Below the pieces are notes generated by a model. That model saw nothing but the letters and a program-made list of their open reading frames with translations, was not told where the DNA came from and searched no databases. A DNA stretch of 60,219 bases from an uncultured bacterium (GTDB taxonomy: Bacteria; Omnitrophota; Omnitrophia; Omnitrophales; Aquincolibacteriaceae): contig CAZEFF010000007.1 of the NCBI GenBank assembly GCA_964511315.1, forward strand, positions 1-60,219, read 5' to 3'. The translations under genes and the position numbers were made by a program. Positions 10,055 to 19,787 of the stretch are shown piece by piece. How positions within the stretch are numbered: position 1 is the stretch's first letter; every line of letters starts with the position of its first letter.

Positions 10055-11728
10055 GACTACTATTATGTTACCTGGGATATCCGCGACTTGTTGACGAATG
10101 CCGCATTGAGTGAATTGACGGTTAAGCAAACCAAAAACAGTGATGAAACTTTTGTTCAATGGCAGGAAACCGGTGTGACAACAAATCCGCCTAGAATTCA
10201 GCCGACTCCTTACGGAGTGTGGGGAACCGTTTGGAAGAAAACAGGGTATGGTGATCTTGTTGTGGTTGTCGAAGCGGATCATGATCAAAGCTTCCAGCTC
10301 TTCATGGAAACCACTGTTATTCACTTGTGGTTAGCGGATACCCGTACATCTTTTAACCCTACGACAAAACAGTTGGATGTCCAAGGCTGGTTGTCCCGTG
10401 ACGGTTCGTTAACGAGCGGTGCCGTTAGCGCGACATATAAAATTTATGACGGCCCGACTCTTATCGGAACATATGCGCTTGATAAAGTTTTAGACCCGGG
10501 GCTTATTAGCGGAACGAACCCGGATGGATTTACGGGTTATTTCCATAAGACCATCGATGGTTCGGCGTCTGGAATTAATCTTCAGACCGGTAAAGTTTAC
10601 ACCACGCTCTGCGAAATGCCTATTGCCTCTGGCGGTTCCTTTAAAACGCCTTCGAGCTTTGAAATCACGACTCCGTCAACCTTGCAGTCTGTGAGCGATA
10701 CCGTTAACACGATGCTCGACAAACCGCTGTCACAAGTTGAATCAAATATCCGTACGGATATGAATAATCAGCTAACTGATGTTAAAAATGTCGTGACGGA
10801 TAAACTGGATAACCAAACGGCGATTGTGACGAGTAAATTGGACAATCAAACCGCGGTTGTTACGCAGAAATTGGACGAACAAACGACCCTTATTTCAGAC
10901 GCGATCACGGACTTTACGGAAAAGTCAGATGCGGCCGTTTCCCGCATGCAGGATGAAATTACGCGGGGTTCGATTCGCATGATTCTTCCTGATTCCGTTA
11001 AGCTCGGTTCATCAGTGACCATCCGTCTTGCCACTGCTGAAGGCGTTTCTCCGACAGTCGATATTATGTGCCCGGATGGAAGTTTAATTGCCGGCGGGCT
11101 TGCGTTGTCGGCGACAGCGAGCGACCCCAGTATTTATACGGTTGATTTCCAGTTTACGGCGCAAAATGCTAAATGCGCGATCGCGAAGGCGGTTACGATT
11201 GTCGGATCTGCGACGATTGCCAGCAATAACCCTAATGAGGGTCCCTTTGTAGCAACAGCGGTCGGCAGTATGGCCGTGACGTCAACGGATCTTGATACGA
11301 TTCAGGGTCTTGCGGCCGCCGGCTTGAATGCTGAAAAGGCCGCTAAGGATGCTAAAGATGCCATTATGGACGTGGTGAAGAGCTTGCAAGGGGACGGCAG
11401 TATCCAGGATTCTATTGCCCGTCTGCAGGAGAAGGTTGACCGCTTGCCCGCTCTCATGAATAAGGGAGAAGATGGCCAAGCACAAATGCGCAATACTTTG
11501 GAAGATGTTGCCGATAAACTAGATACCTTTGTGGGTAAAGAAGGGTATGATTTAAGAACGATCTTGAAGCAGGAAATTGGAGAAGGCATGAAGGGCGTAC
11601 GCAACAAGGTTGAGCAGATGAAAGCTTCGTCGGACATTGTGAAAGAAATTGTTGAGAGAAAAGTCGGTAAATCCGATGAACCTATTATCCAAACCTTTTA
11701 CGAAATTGGTGATGCGGGTGTTCAATGA
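5..11728 (+). CDS. Giant repetitive Ig-like surface protein/adhesin, 5'-truncated by the window (>3907 aa)
   Basis: The frame is open from the window edge and begins mid-repeat (KLEYS...). It has 34 complete plus 1 partial ~97-aa repeats (T-S-P-N-G-G-E-x-W...ITW...NVKLEYST...YxWxVPD...RVRVSD...D-x-S-D-A-N-F-x-I), resembling Ser/Thr-rich Kre9/KNH-like beta-sandwich domains, followed by a ~555-aa unique C-terminus with coiled coils. Confidence 0.9.
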   Translation: MEYSKNGFSDELQTFSITASTPNNGSFAWTVPDAIGSTVKVRASDAADSTVNDTSNANFTIKGSLTLTSPNGTELWKVGESRNVTWNRTGSIANVKLEYSTDGGSNYSSTIIASTDAGTGTYSWTVPDAIGTQLRVQVSDVTDATVKDGSDANFEIRGTVTLVSPNGGEVWIVNSQHNITWTKTGTFATVALEYSTNAFADELQTTTIATGVDSVTGTPYLWTVPDTIGSALRVRVTNEANTLVKDLSDLNFKIAGSLTLTAPNGGENWGVGTQQTITWNRVGSIANAKLEYSIDGGSNYGNVIAASTGAAAEAYLWTIPDSIGANRKVKISDATDATVLDVSDANFTIMGTFDVTAPNGGEVWTVGSGQSLAWNTTGTVSNVKLEYSTNAFSDELQTTVITANTANSGTYSWTVADAISNLVKIRVSDVNNANAFDVSNAIFKIRGALLVTSPNGGEPWEIGTSHNIAWTRTGSIANVKVEYSTNAFADELQTDVIIASTAASTGTYAWTIPDNPSVTVKVRVTDASDATVLDTSNANFTIKGRLVLSVPNGGEIWTVAGVNNIQWTKFGSISNVALYYSTDSGNTWPGGANQIVSSTAADPAPADNIGIYSWTIPDAIGTQVRVRVQDALDPSTYDDSDADFKIRGSITVTSPNGGEVWVVSANQNITWTSTGTYSNAKLEYSTNAFVDENQVFSITAATPNNGSFAWSIPDAISSTVRVRASDASDSTVNDISNANFTIKGALTLTSPNGTEIWKVGENRSITWNRTGSIANVKLEYSTDGGSSFPNTIISSTDASTGTYSWTVPDAISSQLRVQVSNVTDATVKDSSDANFEIKGTILLTAPNGGEVWTVNALKNITWTKTGTYATVALEYSTNAFADELQTTTIATGVDSVTGTPYAWTVPDTIGSALRVRVTNESDAAVKDASDLNFKIVGSLTLTAPNGGENWAVGSSKTITWNRVGSIANAKLEYSIDGGSNYGNVIAASTGAAAEAYLWTIPDSIGANRKVKISDATDATVSDVSDANFTIMGAFAITAPNGGEVWTVGSGQLLTWNTTGSVSNVKLEYSTNAFSDELQTGVVVANVANSGTYNWTVGDAISNLVRIRVSDVNNAVAYDTSDASFKIRGALLVTSPNGGEPWEIGTVHNIAWTRTGSIANVKLEYSTNAFSDELQTAVIIASTAADPAPADNDGTYAWTIPDTPSVTNKVRVSDASDATVLDTSNSNFIIKGRLVMSIPNGGEIWTVAGVNNIQWTKFGSISNVQLQYSTDSGSTWPIGNLIVASTAADPAPADNIGVYSWTIPDAISTTLRVRVQDTSDSSTYDDSDADFKIKGAITVTSPNGGEIWIVGTNQNITWSSAGSFSNVKLEYSTDAFSDELQTFSVTTATPNNGSFNWTLPDAIGSSVRVRASDAGDSSVVDVSNSNFTIKGALSLTSPNGGEVWKVGETRAITWNRSGSIANVKLDYSVNGGSGYGNAIVASTSAASGTYNWTIPDAIGTQVRVQVADASDSTVKDTSDANFSIKGTVLLVTPNGGEQWAVNTANNITWTKTGTYSTVALEYSTNGFADELQTTTIATGVDSVTGTPYAWTIPDTIGASNKVRVSNESDATVTDKSDNTFKIVGSLTLTAPNGGESWNVGASKTVSWNRVGSIANVKLEYSTTGASPYPNLIVSSTSAGAGAYSWTVPDAIGTNLKVKVTDVTDSTVYDESDASFAVVATFNITQPNGGEVWTVASTQNITWTTTGSVANVKLEYSVDNGTDSYANVIANTTPNNLTYSWTIPDTISTLMKVRISDVNNANGFDTSNAVFKIRGALTVDAPNGGEAWGIGTARNIQWTRTGSIANVKLEYSTNGFSDELQTALIIGSTPADPAPADNIGIYSWTIPDVPSTTVKVRATDVADATVLDTSNSVFSIKGSLTITAPNGGENWIVGTPYNITWIKGGAISNVKLQYSTDSGNTWPDPSKLIISSTSAGFLSYTWTIPDDINNKGRVRILDANDPSVNDASDADFAIKGSLHITSPDGTEIWTVGDAHAITWTKTGTIANVKLDYSVDGGSSYTGTITASTGAAAGTYNWVVPDAISTQVRVKITQTNDSFVTDESDADFKIRGSITVTSPAGGEVWKVADNQPITWTKTGTIPTVEIKYSTNGGSSYPNSIATAVDGSSGSYSWTIPNAITTNGRIKVINESDTTVYGESAADFKIAGSVTVLTPNGGEKWPIGSSQNITWSITGSISSLKLEYSTTGGAPYSNLITSSVTASLGTYAWTIPDAPTTQGRVLATNTADATVFDASNSNFKIQGSVTLTSPVGGETWNVGDSHNITWTKNGSFTNVKLEYSTDSGSTYSGVIIASTSADSLAYSWTVPDSISSGVRVKVSDTGDIEVASESASDFTIRGTLTVTVPNGGETWRVGQAQNITWSKTGSIDEAKLEYSTNGFANETQTTVIVATTPASNLSYAWNIPDAISNTVKIRITDVSGVSVGDVSNGNFSIKGTVTLTSPNGGESYGVASAQNITWTRTGSFANVKLEYSTNGFADESVSYLITSSTPADPAPADDNGTYAWTVPDAISQTVKVRVTDANDAATTDVSNNTFTIRGILTITSPNGGEKWIVGTAQLISWDRFGSIANVRLQYTTNGSIYTDITASTPNTGTYAWTVPNSITTTGKVRIYDVNNATVTDDSDANFKIQAGFTLTSPNGGEAWLVGSTQTITWNTSGTVSFIRLDYSTDSGSNYSNVISSSTGNTGSYDWVIPDSPSPTVKVKVSDTNDAEAFDASNADLRIRVAFTLVSPNGSEQWRVGQTKNITWVTVGTIANVKIIYSRDGFLADNQTISAAAPGTGTYAWTIPDSISNTVRVKISDPNDIGAADTSNGDFRITGDFTVTSPNGGEKWDVDSDHAITWAYAGSVPNASIEYSTNAGGSWSSVAGLTPNNGSYNWTVPDTISANSRVRLSDPNDATANDISDANFKIRAGYTLTAPNGGEIWTVADVHAITWTNTGTVANSKLWYSTDSGSTFPNVIIASTANTGTYNWTVPDAISTLVRVRAGSATDVDAYDDSNADLKIRGAFHVVTPDGAEQWKIAQNSNITWTTTGTISNVKLYYSTDSGSNFSNVIIASVANTNSYTWNIPDVPTTMARVRVENPLDATVFDDSDADFKIQGNFIMVSPNGGESWIVNSSHNITWDWGGTIPNVKLTYSTDSGLNYNSTISASAPNGSGSAGTANYAWTIPDNISTQVRVKIEDPNDATVNDSSNANFKIRGDLVLTSPNGGERWVTNETHAITWNTTGTIPNVKLTYSHDDFSTSTTIMASVSNTNTYNWVVPDPGVNNIPKTTKVRVEDVNDSNVFDDSDAAFNIDYYYVTWDIRDLLTNAALSELTVKQTKNSDETFVQWQETGVTTNPPRIQPTPYGVWGTVWKKTGYGDLVVVVEADHDQSFQLFMETTVIHLWLADTRTSFNPTTKQLDVQGWLSRDGSLTSGAVSATYKIYDGPTLIGTYALDKVLDPGLISGTNPDGFTGYFHKTIDGSASGINLQTGKVYTTLCEMPIASGGSFKTPSSFEITTPSTLQSVSDTVNTMLDKPLSQVESNIRTDMNNQLTDVKNVVTDKLDNQTAIVTSKLDNQTAVVTQKLDEQTTLISDAITDFTEKSDAAVSRMQDEITRGSIRMILPDSVKLGSSVTIRLATAEGVSPTVDIMCPDGSLIAGGLALSATASDPSIYTVDFQFTAQNAKCAIAKAVTIVGSATIASNNPNEGPFVATAVGSMAVTSTDLDTIQGLAAAGLNAEKAAKDAKDAIMDVVKSLQGDGSIQDSIARLQEKVDRLPALMNKGEDGQAQMRNTLEDVADKLDTFVGKEGYDLRTILKQEIGEGMKGVRNKVEQMKASSDIVKEIVERKVGKSDEPIIQTFYEIGDAGVQ
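860..3012 (+). repeat. Exact 110-bp direct repeat pair (860-969 and 2903-3012)
   Basis: Base-by-base identical, offset 2043 nt; the flanking codons differ at synonymous sites. Confidence 0.9.
10793..10891 (+). repeat. Three 33-nt (11-aa, hendecad) coiled-coil repeats
   Basis: VTDKLDNQTAI / VTSKLDNQTAV / VTQKLDEQTTL starting at 10793, 10826 and 10859. Confidence 0.85.
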
Positions 11729-12570
11729 AAAGAATAATTCTGTCCACGTTTTTGCTTGTTGTTTTTCTAAGTCCCGCCGGATTTTGCGCGGATAAAAACA
11801 GCATTAAGCTTCGGGTGGTTGCGGTCAACCCTTCGGCTGAAAAAACACAGAAAGTTCCTATCAAGATTTATCTGCCTAAAGAAATTATTCCCGATGACAT
11901 CATTAATATGGGCGAGCTGAAAGTCGGTTATGATACCGACAAGAGCCTTTATTACGCGTACAGCGACGGCGCGGAGCTGAAACCGAAGGAAACCCGCGTA
12001 TTCGAAGTTGCCCTTGAGGATGTCTGGAAGGTTAAAGATGAAGAATTAGATAAGCTTCGAAGCCAGACAGCGCTTGCTTTAAAGCATCTTGAAAAAACCC
12101 CTTATTATGACCAGGCCAAAACCATTGTCACCTCAATTGAAAACCGTTTTACAGAAATCCTCGCGAAGCAGAATGACTCAGGAATTTCCCGTGAAGAACA
12201 TATTGGCGCTTACCGCATCAATCTTAAGGTTATGGAAGAGGTCAAGTCGGACATTGCCCTGATTGAAAAAATGCTTCAAACAAGCGGCGGTCCTCCGTCA
12301 GTGCAATTTTTGAAAGACACTGTTTTTGAGCGCAAAGATGATTTGGATCGTGTTACGGCTTGGAAGCTTATCCTTGGAATCATCGGGTTTCTCGCGCTTC
12401 TTGGAGTCGCGTTTTACGTGAAGTGGTTTTTTGCCATCAAATCGCGCCGTGCGGCCCGCGCTGATGAAGCGGCAATTGGAACGGATACTATTCCGTTTAT
12501 TAGTGAAAATGTGGAGGAGCATGTTGGGCTTTCCCGCGATAAGTCCGAAAAAGATCGTAAAGTAGGCTGA
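11725..12570 (+). CDS. Secreted/periplasmic single-pass membrane protein of unknown function
   Basis: N-terminal signal peptide (MKRIILSTFLLVVFLSPAGFCA), beta-rich domain, helical segment and C-terminal TM (LILGIIGFLALLGVAFYV). ATGA overlap with the giant gene. Confidence 0.8.
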   Translation: MKRIILSTFLLVVFLSPAGFCADKNSIKLRVVAVNPSAEKTQKVPIKIYLPKEIIPDDIINMGELKVGYDTDKSLYYAYSDGAELKPKETRVFEVALEDVWKVKDEELDKLRSQTALALKHLEKTPYYDQAKTIVTSIENRFTEILAKQNDSGISREEHIGAYRINLKVMEEVKSDIALIEKMLQTSGGPPSVQFLKDTVFERKDDLDRVTAWKLILGIIGFLALLGVAFYVKWFFAIKSRRAARADEAAIGTDTIPFISENVEEHVGLSRDKSEKDRKVG

Positions 12571-12577
12571 TTCCCGC

Positions 12578-12823
12578 ATGTTCCAAGTTCTCATTCTTAA
12601 ATCCCGCCCCAAAGATTCAGACGAAATTATCTTTCAAGGCCAGGCAGGAAGTGTGTCTCTACCTGGCTCTGAAGGAGAATTCGAAGTTTTAAATTTCCAT
12701 AAACCCATCTTAAGCCGGCTGAAAAAGGGGACCATTGTGGTCGATAATACTAAAGAGTTCCCTGTAACCGGAGGTATCGTAAAAATGGCCTCGCAAAGCC
12801 TTGTCGCGATTATTGATGGCTAG
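12578..12823 (+). CDS. atpC: F-type ATPase epsilon subunit, N-terminal beta-sandwich only (81 aa)
   Basis: VSLPGSEGEFEVLNFHKPILSRLKKG matches the epsilon N-domain motif; the C-terminal helical hairpin is absent. Confidence 0.8.
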   Translation: MFQVLILKSRPKDSDEIIFQGQAGSVSLPGSEGEFEVLNFHKPILSRLKKGTIVVDNTKEFPVTGGIVKMASQSLVAIIDG

Positions 12824-12838
12824 GAGCAGACAACGTTT

Positions 12839-13066
12839 ATGAAGAATTTTGCAGTTATTCTCATTATGGCGCTTGGAACCATCGGACCGTCGATCGTTAT
12901 CGCGGCTGTGGGGTTTTCCAGCATTATGGCGCTTGGACGAAATCCATCGGCGGCGCCAAAAATTATGCTCGCGATGATTATCGCGCTTATTTTCGCGGAA
13001 GCAATTGCGGTGATCGCGCTTCTTGTTGTGTTTCAAGTGTTTACGCCTGCGGGCGGAGGAATCTAA
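12839..13066 (+). CDS. atpE: F-type ATPase c subunit (divergent)
   Basis: Two hydrophobic helices, GRNP loop and the conserved carboxylate in FAEAIA. Confidence 0.9.
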   Translation: MKNFAVILIMALGTIGPSIVIAAVGFSSIMALGRNPSAAPKIMLAMIIALIFAEAIAVIALLVVFQVFTPAGGGI

Positions 13067-13068
13067 AG

Positions 13069-13815
13069 ATGATCTGGGGTGTTATATTATTTCAGGGCAT
13101 TATCTTTGCCGTGCTCATATTTGTCCTCCGGCATTTTATGCAAGGACATGTTTCCGGCGCGGTTGGACATTTAGAGAAGCTAAATGAAGAGTTGCTAAAG
13201 CAGCAGGCGGAGCTAAAGGCTAAAATTTCAGAAGCGGAAAAAGAGTATGATTCGAAGATGGCGAAAGTTCAGCAGGAAGTCACTGCGAGGCAAAGCCAGG
13301 TTCGGCAGGAAGCGAATAAAACTCTGGAAGAAGCCAGGGCGCGCGGGCAGGAGGAGCGGGAAAAACTCATTAAAGAAGCGATTGATACGCGCGACAAAAT
13401 CAAGAATGAAATTATGGTTCAAATGGAAGAAAAAGCCGTGGATTACTCAAAGGAAGTCATCGCGCAATTTCTATCCGGCGACATCCGGAAATTTGTTCAT
13501 GAAACGCTTGTCAAAGAAGTCCTTGATGGAATTAAGGATATGCCGATTGAACATTTTCAAATTGATAGCCCAACAGCAGAATTCATATCCGCCGAACCTT
13601 TAAGTGACAGTCTTAAAAAACAGATCTATTCTGTTTTAAAAGAAAAGATTAAGCAGGATGTTCAATTTAAAGAGGATGTGGATTCTGCGCTTGTCGGCGG
13701 AATTATTCTTAAGTTTGGAAGCTTTGTTATTGACGGCAGCCTTGCGAACCGCCTCAAAGAAGCAACGTCAAAAATAAAGGTGGAAACAAAACGGAAGTAT
13801 TTAGGGAAAACCTAG
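13069..13815 (+). CDS. atpF: F-type ATPase b subunit fused to a delta/OSCP-like C-terminal domain
   Basis: N-terminal TM, long charged coiled coil, and C-terminal SAEPLS...VDSALVGGIILKFGSFVIDGSLANRL typical of delta. Confidence 0.85.
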   Translation: MIWGVILFQGIIFAVLIFVLRHFMQGHVSGAVGHLEKLNEELLKQQAELKAKISEAEKEYDSKMAKVQQEVTARQSQVRQEANKTLEEARARGQEEREKLIKEAIDTRDKIKNEIMVQMEEKAVDYSKEVIAQFLSGDIRKFVHETLVKEVLDGIKDMPIEHFQIDSPTAEFISAEPLSDSLKKQIYSVLKEKIKQDVQFKEDVDSALVGGIILKFGSFVIDGSLANRLKEATSKIKVETKRKYLGKT

Positions 13816-13821
13816 GCGGAT

Positions 13822-15315
13822 ATGGCATCTGAATTAGAAAATCCCAACCCTTCTCTAAAGCCCAAAATTGAAATCCGTGAAATTGGACATGTGCGTGAAA
13901 TTCGCGAATCCATCGCGCGGGTGGAAGGCTTGCCTTCAGTTATGAACGGGCAAATTGTTCATTTTGGCCATGAAGGTAAGGGGATGGTGATGGGTTTTAC
14001 CGAAAAAGAAGTGCTCGTTCTTATGTTTGGCGGTAAGGAAAAAGTAAAAGCGGGTGATGAGGTTTGGAGCCGGGGAGAAAGATTTGTTTTGCCCGCGGGA
14101 GAAAAATTCATCGGCCGCATTGTCAGCGCTTTGTGTGACCCCTGTGATGGGAAGCCCCCGATTGAACCCGATGAGTATATTCCTGCTTTTTCTGTCGCGC
14201 CTGGCGTTATGGAACGTAAACCTGTTTACGCGCCTTTGGACACAGGAGTGAAGATTCTGGACGCGATTATCCCTGTTGCCAGGGGACAGCGGCAGCTGAT
14301 TATCGGTGACCGCATGACCGGAAAGACAACGATTTGCACGGATACTATTCTCGCGCAAAAAGGAAAAGATATTATTTGTATTTACTGCTGTGTGGGCCGG
14401 AGTTACTCCAATTTATTAAAAGTAGTCGAAATTTTTAAAGATCATGACGCTTTTAAATATACCATTATTGTCGCAGGGACGGCGTCCGCGCCGGCTGGCG
14501 AACAATTTCTGTCACCATATACGGCTTGTGTTTTGGGCGAGTATTTCATGATGCGCGGAAAAAATGTTTTTGTGGTTTTTGATGACTTGACGAAACATGC
14601 TTGGGTTTACCGCCAACTATCGCTTTTGCTCGATCGTCCTCCAGGCCGTGAAGCTTATCCCGGCGATATTTTTTATATTCATTCGCAGCTTGTTGAGCGG
14701 GCCGGCCAGATGAGTGATGAAAATGGGGGAGGGTCGATGACCTTTTTCCCTATTTGCGATACTTTGCAGGGAGACGTAACGGGGTATGTGCAGACCAATT
14801 TAATTTCTATGACGGATGGTCAAACCGTTGTGAGCTCAGCGCTTTTTAATCAGGGGGTTAAACCCGCGATTGATTTTGGACTTTCTGTTTCCCGTATTGG
14901 AAATAAAGCAAGCGTTCAAGCGATGAAGAAACTCGCGGGTAAACTGCGCTTGGAATATCTGCAATATAAAGAACTTGTGCGTATGACTCAGTTGAAAACA
15001 ACGCTGTCAGATGAGGCTTCCGCCCGTCTGCGCCGTGGGGATGTCATTACCGAGATGCTTATGCAGAATAAACAGGAACCTTCTCCCATTGAAGAGCAAA
15101 TTTTGCACTTGTACGCGCTTCGCCAGGGTGTGCTGGACCCATTATCCAATACAACGCTTAAGCGCTTCAAAAAGGAAATTCTCGGCTACGCGAATAAAGA
15201 GTTTTCGAGCTTGATGACTGAGCTCACGACAAAGTGGGAGCTCAATGATAGTACGTCAAAAGGCATGGACGAACTTTTTAAGAGTTATTTTAATAGTCTA
15301 AAAGAAGGGGCTTGA
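13822..15315 (+). CDS. atpA: F-type ATPase alpha subunit
   Basis: Walker A GDRMTGKT, DDLTKHA, RPPGREAYPGDIFY, ISMTDGQ, and arginine finger SVSRIG. Confidence 0.95.
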   Translation: MASELENPNPSLKPKIEIREIGHVREIRESIARVEGLPSVMNGQIVHFGHEGKGMVMGFTEKEVLVLMFGGKEKVKAGDEVWSRGERFVLPAGEKFIGRIVSALCDPCDGKPPIEPDEYIPAFSVAPGVMERKPVYAPLDTGVKILDAIIPVARGQRQLIIGDRMTGKTTICTDTILAQKGKDIICIYCCVGRSYSNLLKVVEIFKDHDAFKYTIIVAGTASAPAGEQFLSPYTACVLGEYFMMRGKNVFVVFDDLTKHAWVYRQLSLLLDRPPGREAYPGDIFYIHSQLVERAGQMSDENGGGSMTFFPICDTLQGDVTGYVQTNLISMTDGQTVVSSALFNQGVKPAIDFGLSVSRIGNKASVQAMKKLAGKLRLEYLQYKELVRMTQLKTTLSDEASARLRRGDVITEMLMQNKQEPSPIEEQILHLYALRQGVLDPLSNTTLKRFKKEILGYANKEFSSLMTELTTKWELNDSTSKGMDELFKSYFNSLKEGA

Positions 15316-15322
15316 TCTAAGC

Positions 15323-17597
<2,275 letters not shown>

Positions 17598-17599
17598 TT

Positions 17600-18040
17600 A
17601 TGGCGATACGTATTGGTGAATTGCTCATTAAAAAAGGTTTGGTGAATCCCGATCAATTGGAAACCGCCCTTCGTGATCAAGCGACTTCAGGAGAATTTCT
17701 CGGTAATATTCTGATTCGGCTTGGGTATATTACCGAGGAAAATCTTCTTACGGCGCTGGCTGAACAATTTCAAACGCGTTTTGTAAGTTTAGAAAAAGTT
17801 TACGTCAATCCTCAGGTGATTAAAATGGTCCCGGGAAATTTGGTCCGCGAATATAAATTCCTGCCCATCGAAATGCGGTCGGGTGTGATGCTGATTGCTG
17901 TGTCGAATCCATTGGATATGTGGCCAATGAGTGTTTTGCATCAGCGAATCGAGCTTTCTGAAATTACGATTGTTTTAGCTAAAAAAGATGATATTCAAAA
18001 AGCGATACAAAAGCATTATGGCGCCGAAGGCGTCCTTTAA
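17600..18040 (+). CDS. Stand-alone MshEN/T2SSE_N domain protein (probable c-di-GMP receptor)
   Basis: Tandem motifs RIGELLIKKGLVNPDQLETALRDQ and FLGNILIRLGYITEENLLTALAEQ; no ATPase domain. Confidence 0.85.
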   Translation: MAIRIGELLIKKGLVNPDQLETALRDQATSGEFLGNILIRLGYITEENLLTALAEQFQTRFVSLEKVYVNPQVIKMVPGNLVREYKFLPIEMRSGVMLIAVSNPLDMWPMSVLHQRIELSEITIVLAKKDDIQKAIQKHYGAEGVL

Positions 18041-18054
18041 GCGGGAGAATTAAC

Positions 18055-19776
18055 GTGGCAGATAATTTGATTGAAATGCTTCTGAAGCGAAACTTGGTAA
18101 AAAATGATCAAGTGGAAGAAGCTACGGAAGAAAAGAAAAAAACGGGAGAGCCGCTGGCCCGGATCTTGGTCCGCAAAGGCCATCTTCGTGAAGAAGATCT
18201 GGCGAGAACGCTAGCGGATCAGTTTAAAATTCCGTTTATCCGCTTTGGAAAGTTTTTAATCGAAAAAGATGTGATCGATAAAATTCCGGCAAAATTAGCC
18301 CTGCATTACCGCATGATTCCCATTAAAGGCACCGCGAATACGCTTACGGTTGCCATTTCTGACCCGCAGAATATCCGCGCGATTGATGATATTAGTGTTG
18401 CCCTTAAAAATAAGTACCGTGTTGAGCCGGTTCTAGCGACGGAATCTGATATTTTGGGCGCGATTAAAAAATATTATGGTCTCGGCGCGGAAACGGTTGA
18501 GGGGATGATAACTTCCCGCGCGGGAGATGGGAGCGCGGTTGATTCTGGGGAAGAAGCACAGATTGATGACATCGAAAAAATGGCGGGAGACGCCTCGATT
18601 GTTAAGTTGGTGAATCAAGTGATGCTTGAGGCTTGGAAAAAGCGAGCGACCGATATTCATATTGAGCCGTACCGTGAAAAGCTGGCCCTTCGATACCGTG
18701 TAGACGGTATCCTTTATCCGGCAGAAGTGCCTGAACATATCCGCAGATTTTTACCCGCCATCATCTCGCGTATTAAAATTATGTCGAACTTAAATATTGT
18801 TGAGCGGAGACTTCCTCAGGACGGCCGCGCTTCGATTAAAGTTGGGAATGAAAAAATGGATCTGCGTATTTCCATTCTCCCGACACCGCATGGAGAAAGC
18901 GTTGTGATCCGTATGCTGCCGACCTCCAAGTCGATCAAAATGACCGATTTGGGTTTAACGGAAGAGCATCAAAAAATTTTGGAAGAATTAATTCTGAAAC
19001 CTTACGGAATTATCTTTGTGACGGGGCCTACCGGGGCGGGTAAATCAACAACGCTTTACGCGAGTCTTTCAAAAATCAATACGCCGGAAAGAAAAATTAT
19101 CACGATTGAAGATCCGATTGAGTATGAGCTTGAGGGGGTAACGCAAATTCAGGTGATGCCCCAAATTGGCCTTACATTCGCGCAGGGCCTTCGCAGTATG
19201 CTGCGCCATGATCCTGACGCGATGATGGTCGGAGAAGTGCGCGACTTTGAAACGGCTGAGCTTGCTATCCGCATTGCTTTGACGGGTCATCTTGTTTTTT
19301 CAACACTTCATACCAATGACGCGGCTAGCGCGGTCACGCGTTTAATTGATATGGGAGTAGATCCCTTTTTGATTGTTTCTTCGGTAGAATGTTTCATCGC
19401 GCAGCGGCTTATCCGTCTTATATGTAACAAATGCAAAAAGGAGGATAAGCGCGCGATTACCCCTGAAATTGAGCAGGAGCTTCGAGGCTGCCAAAAAGGG
19501 AAGGGCGGGGACATTAAATTATGGATTGGTGAAGGGTGTGAAGACTGTAACCACCTGGGTTATCGTGGGCGGACAGGCATCCATGAATTTTTACTGCTGA
19601 CGCGGCCCATCAAAGATCTCATTATGAAAAAATCGTCCGCGGATGATATCAAGCGTGCCGCGATCCAGAATAATATGCGGACACTACGGCAGGCGGGTTG
19701 GGAGAAAGTGCTCGAGGGTGTTACGACGATTGATGAAATTCTTCGCGTAACTCAAATTTCCGCGGATGAAGAATAG
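18055..19776 (+). CDS. gspE: T2SS/type IV pilus assembly ATPase GspE/PilB
   Basis: GPTGAGKST, TIEDPIE, GEVRD, GHLVFSTLHTND, CxxC...CxxC; GTG start. Confidence 0.95.
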   Translation: MADNLIEMLLKRNLVKNDQVEEATEEKKKTGEPLARILVRKGHLREEDLARTLADQFKIPFIRFGKFLIEKDVIDKIPAKLALHYRMIPIKGTANTLTVAISDPQNIRAIDDISVALKNKYRVEPVLATESDILGAIKKYYGLGAETVEGMITSRAGDGSAVDSGEEAQIDDIEKMAGDASIVKLVNQVMLEAWKKRATDIHIEPYREKLALRYRVDGILYPAEVPEHIRRFLPAIISRIKIMSNLNIVERRLPQDGRASIKVGNEKMDLRISILPTPHGESVVIRMLPTSKSIKMTDLGLTEEHQKILEELILKPYGIIFVTGPTGAGKSTTLYASLSKINTPERKIITIEDPIEYELEGVTQIQVMPQIGLTFAQGLRSMLRHDPDAMMVGEVRDFETAELAIRIALTGHLVFSTLHTNDAASAVTRLIDMGVDPFLIVSSVECFIAQRLIRLICNKCKKEDKRAITPEIEQELRGCQKGKGGDIKLWIGEGCEDCNHLGYRGRTGIHEFLLLTRPIKDLIMKKSSADDIKRAAIQNNMRTLRQAGWEKVLEGVTTIDEILRVTQISADEE

Positions 19777-19787
19777 GGCAAGCGCGC

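Noticed and set aside
367-10324. Many 60-200 aa antisense/alternate-frame ORFs inside the giant gene
   Set aside because: They recur with the repeat period and are shadows of its codon pattern; no independent motifs.
11725-12570. 281-aa protein as a divergent subunit a
   Set aside because: Only a signal peptide and one TM helix, with no mid-membrane Arg.
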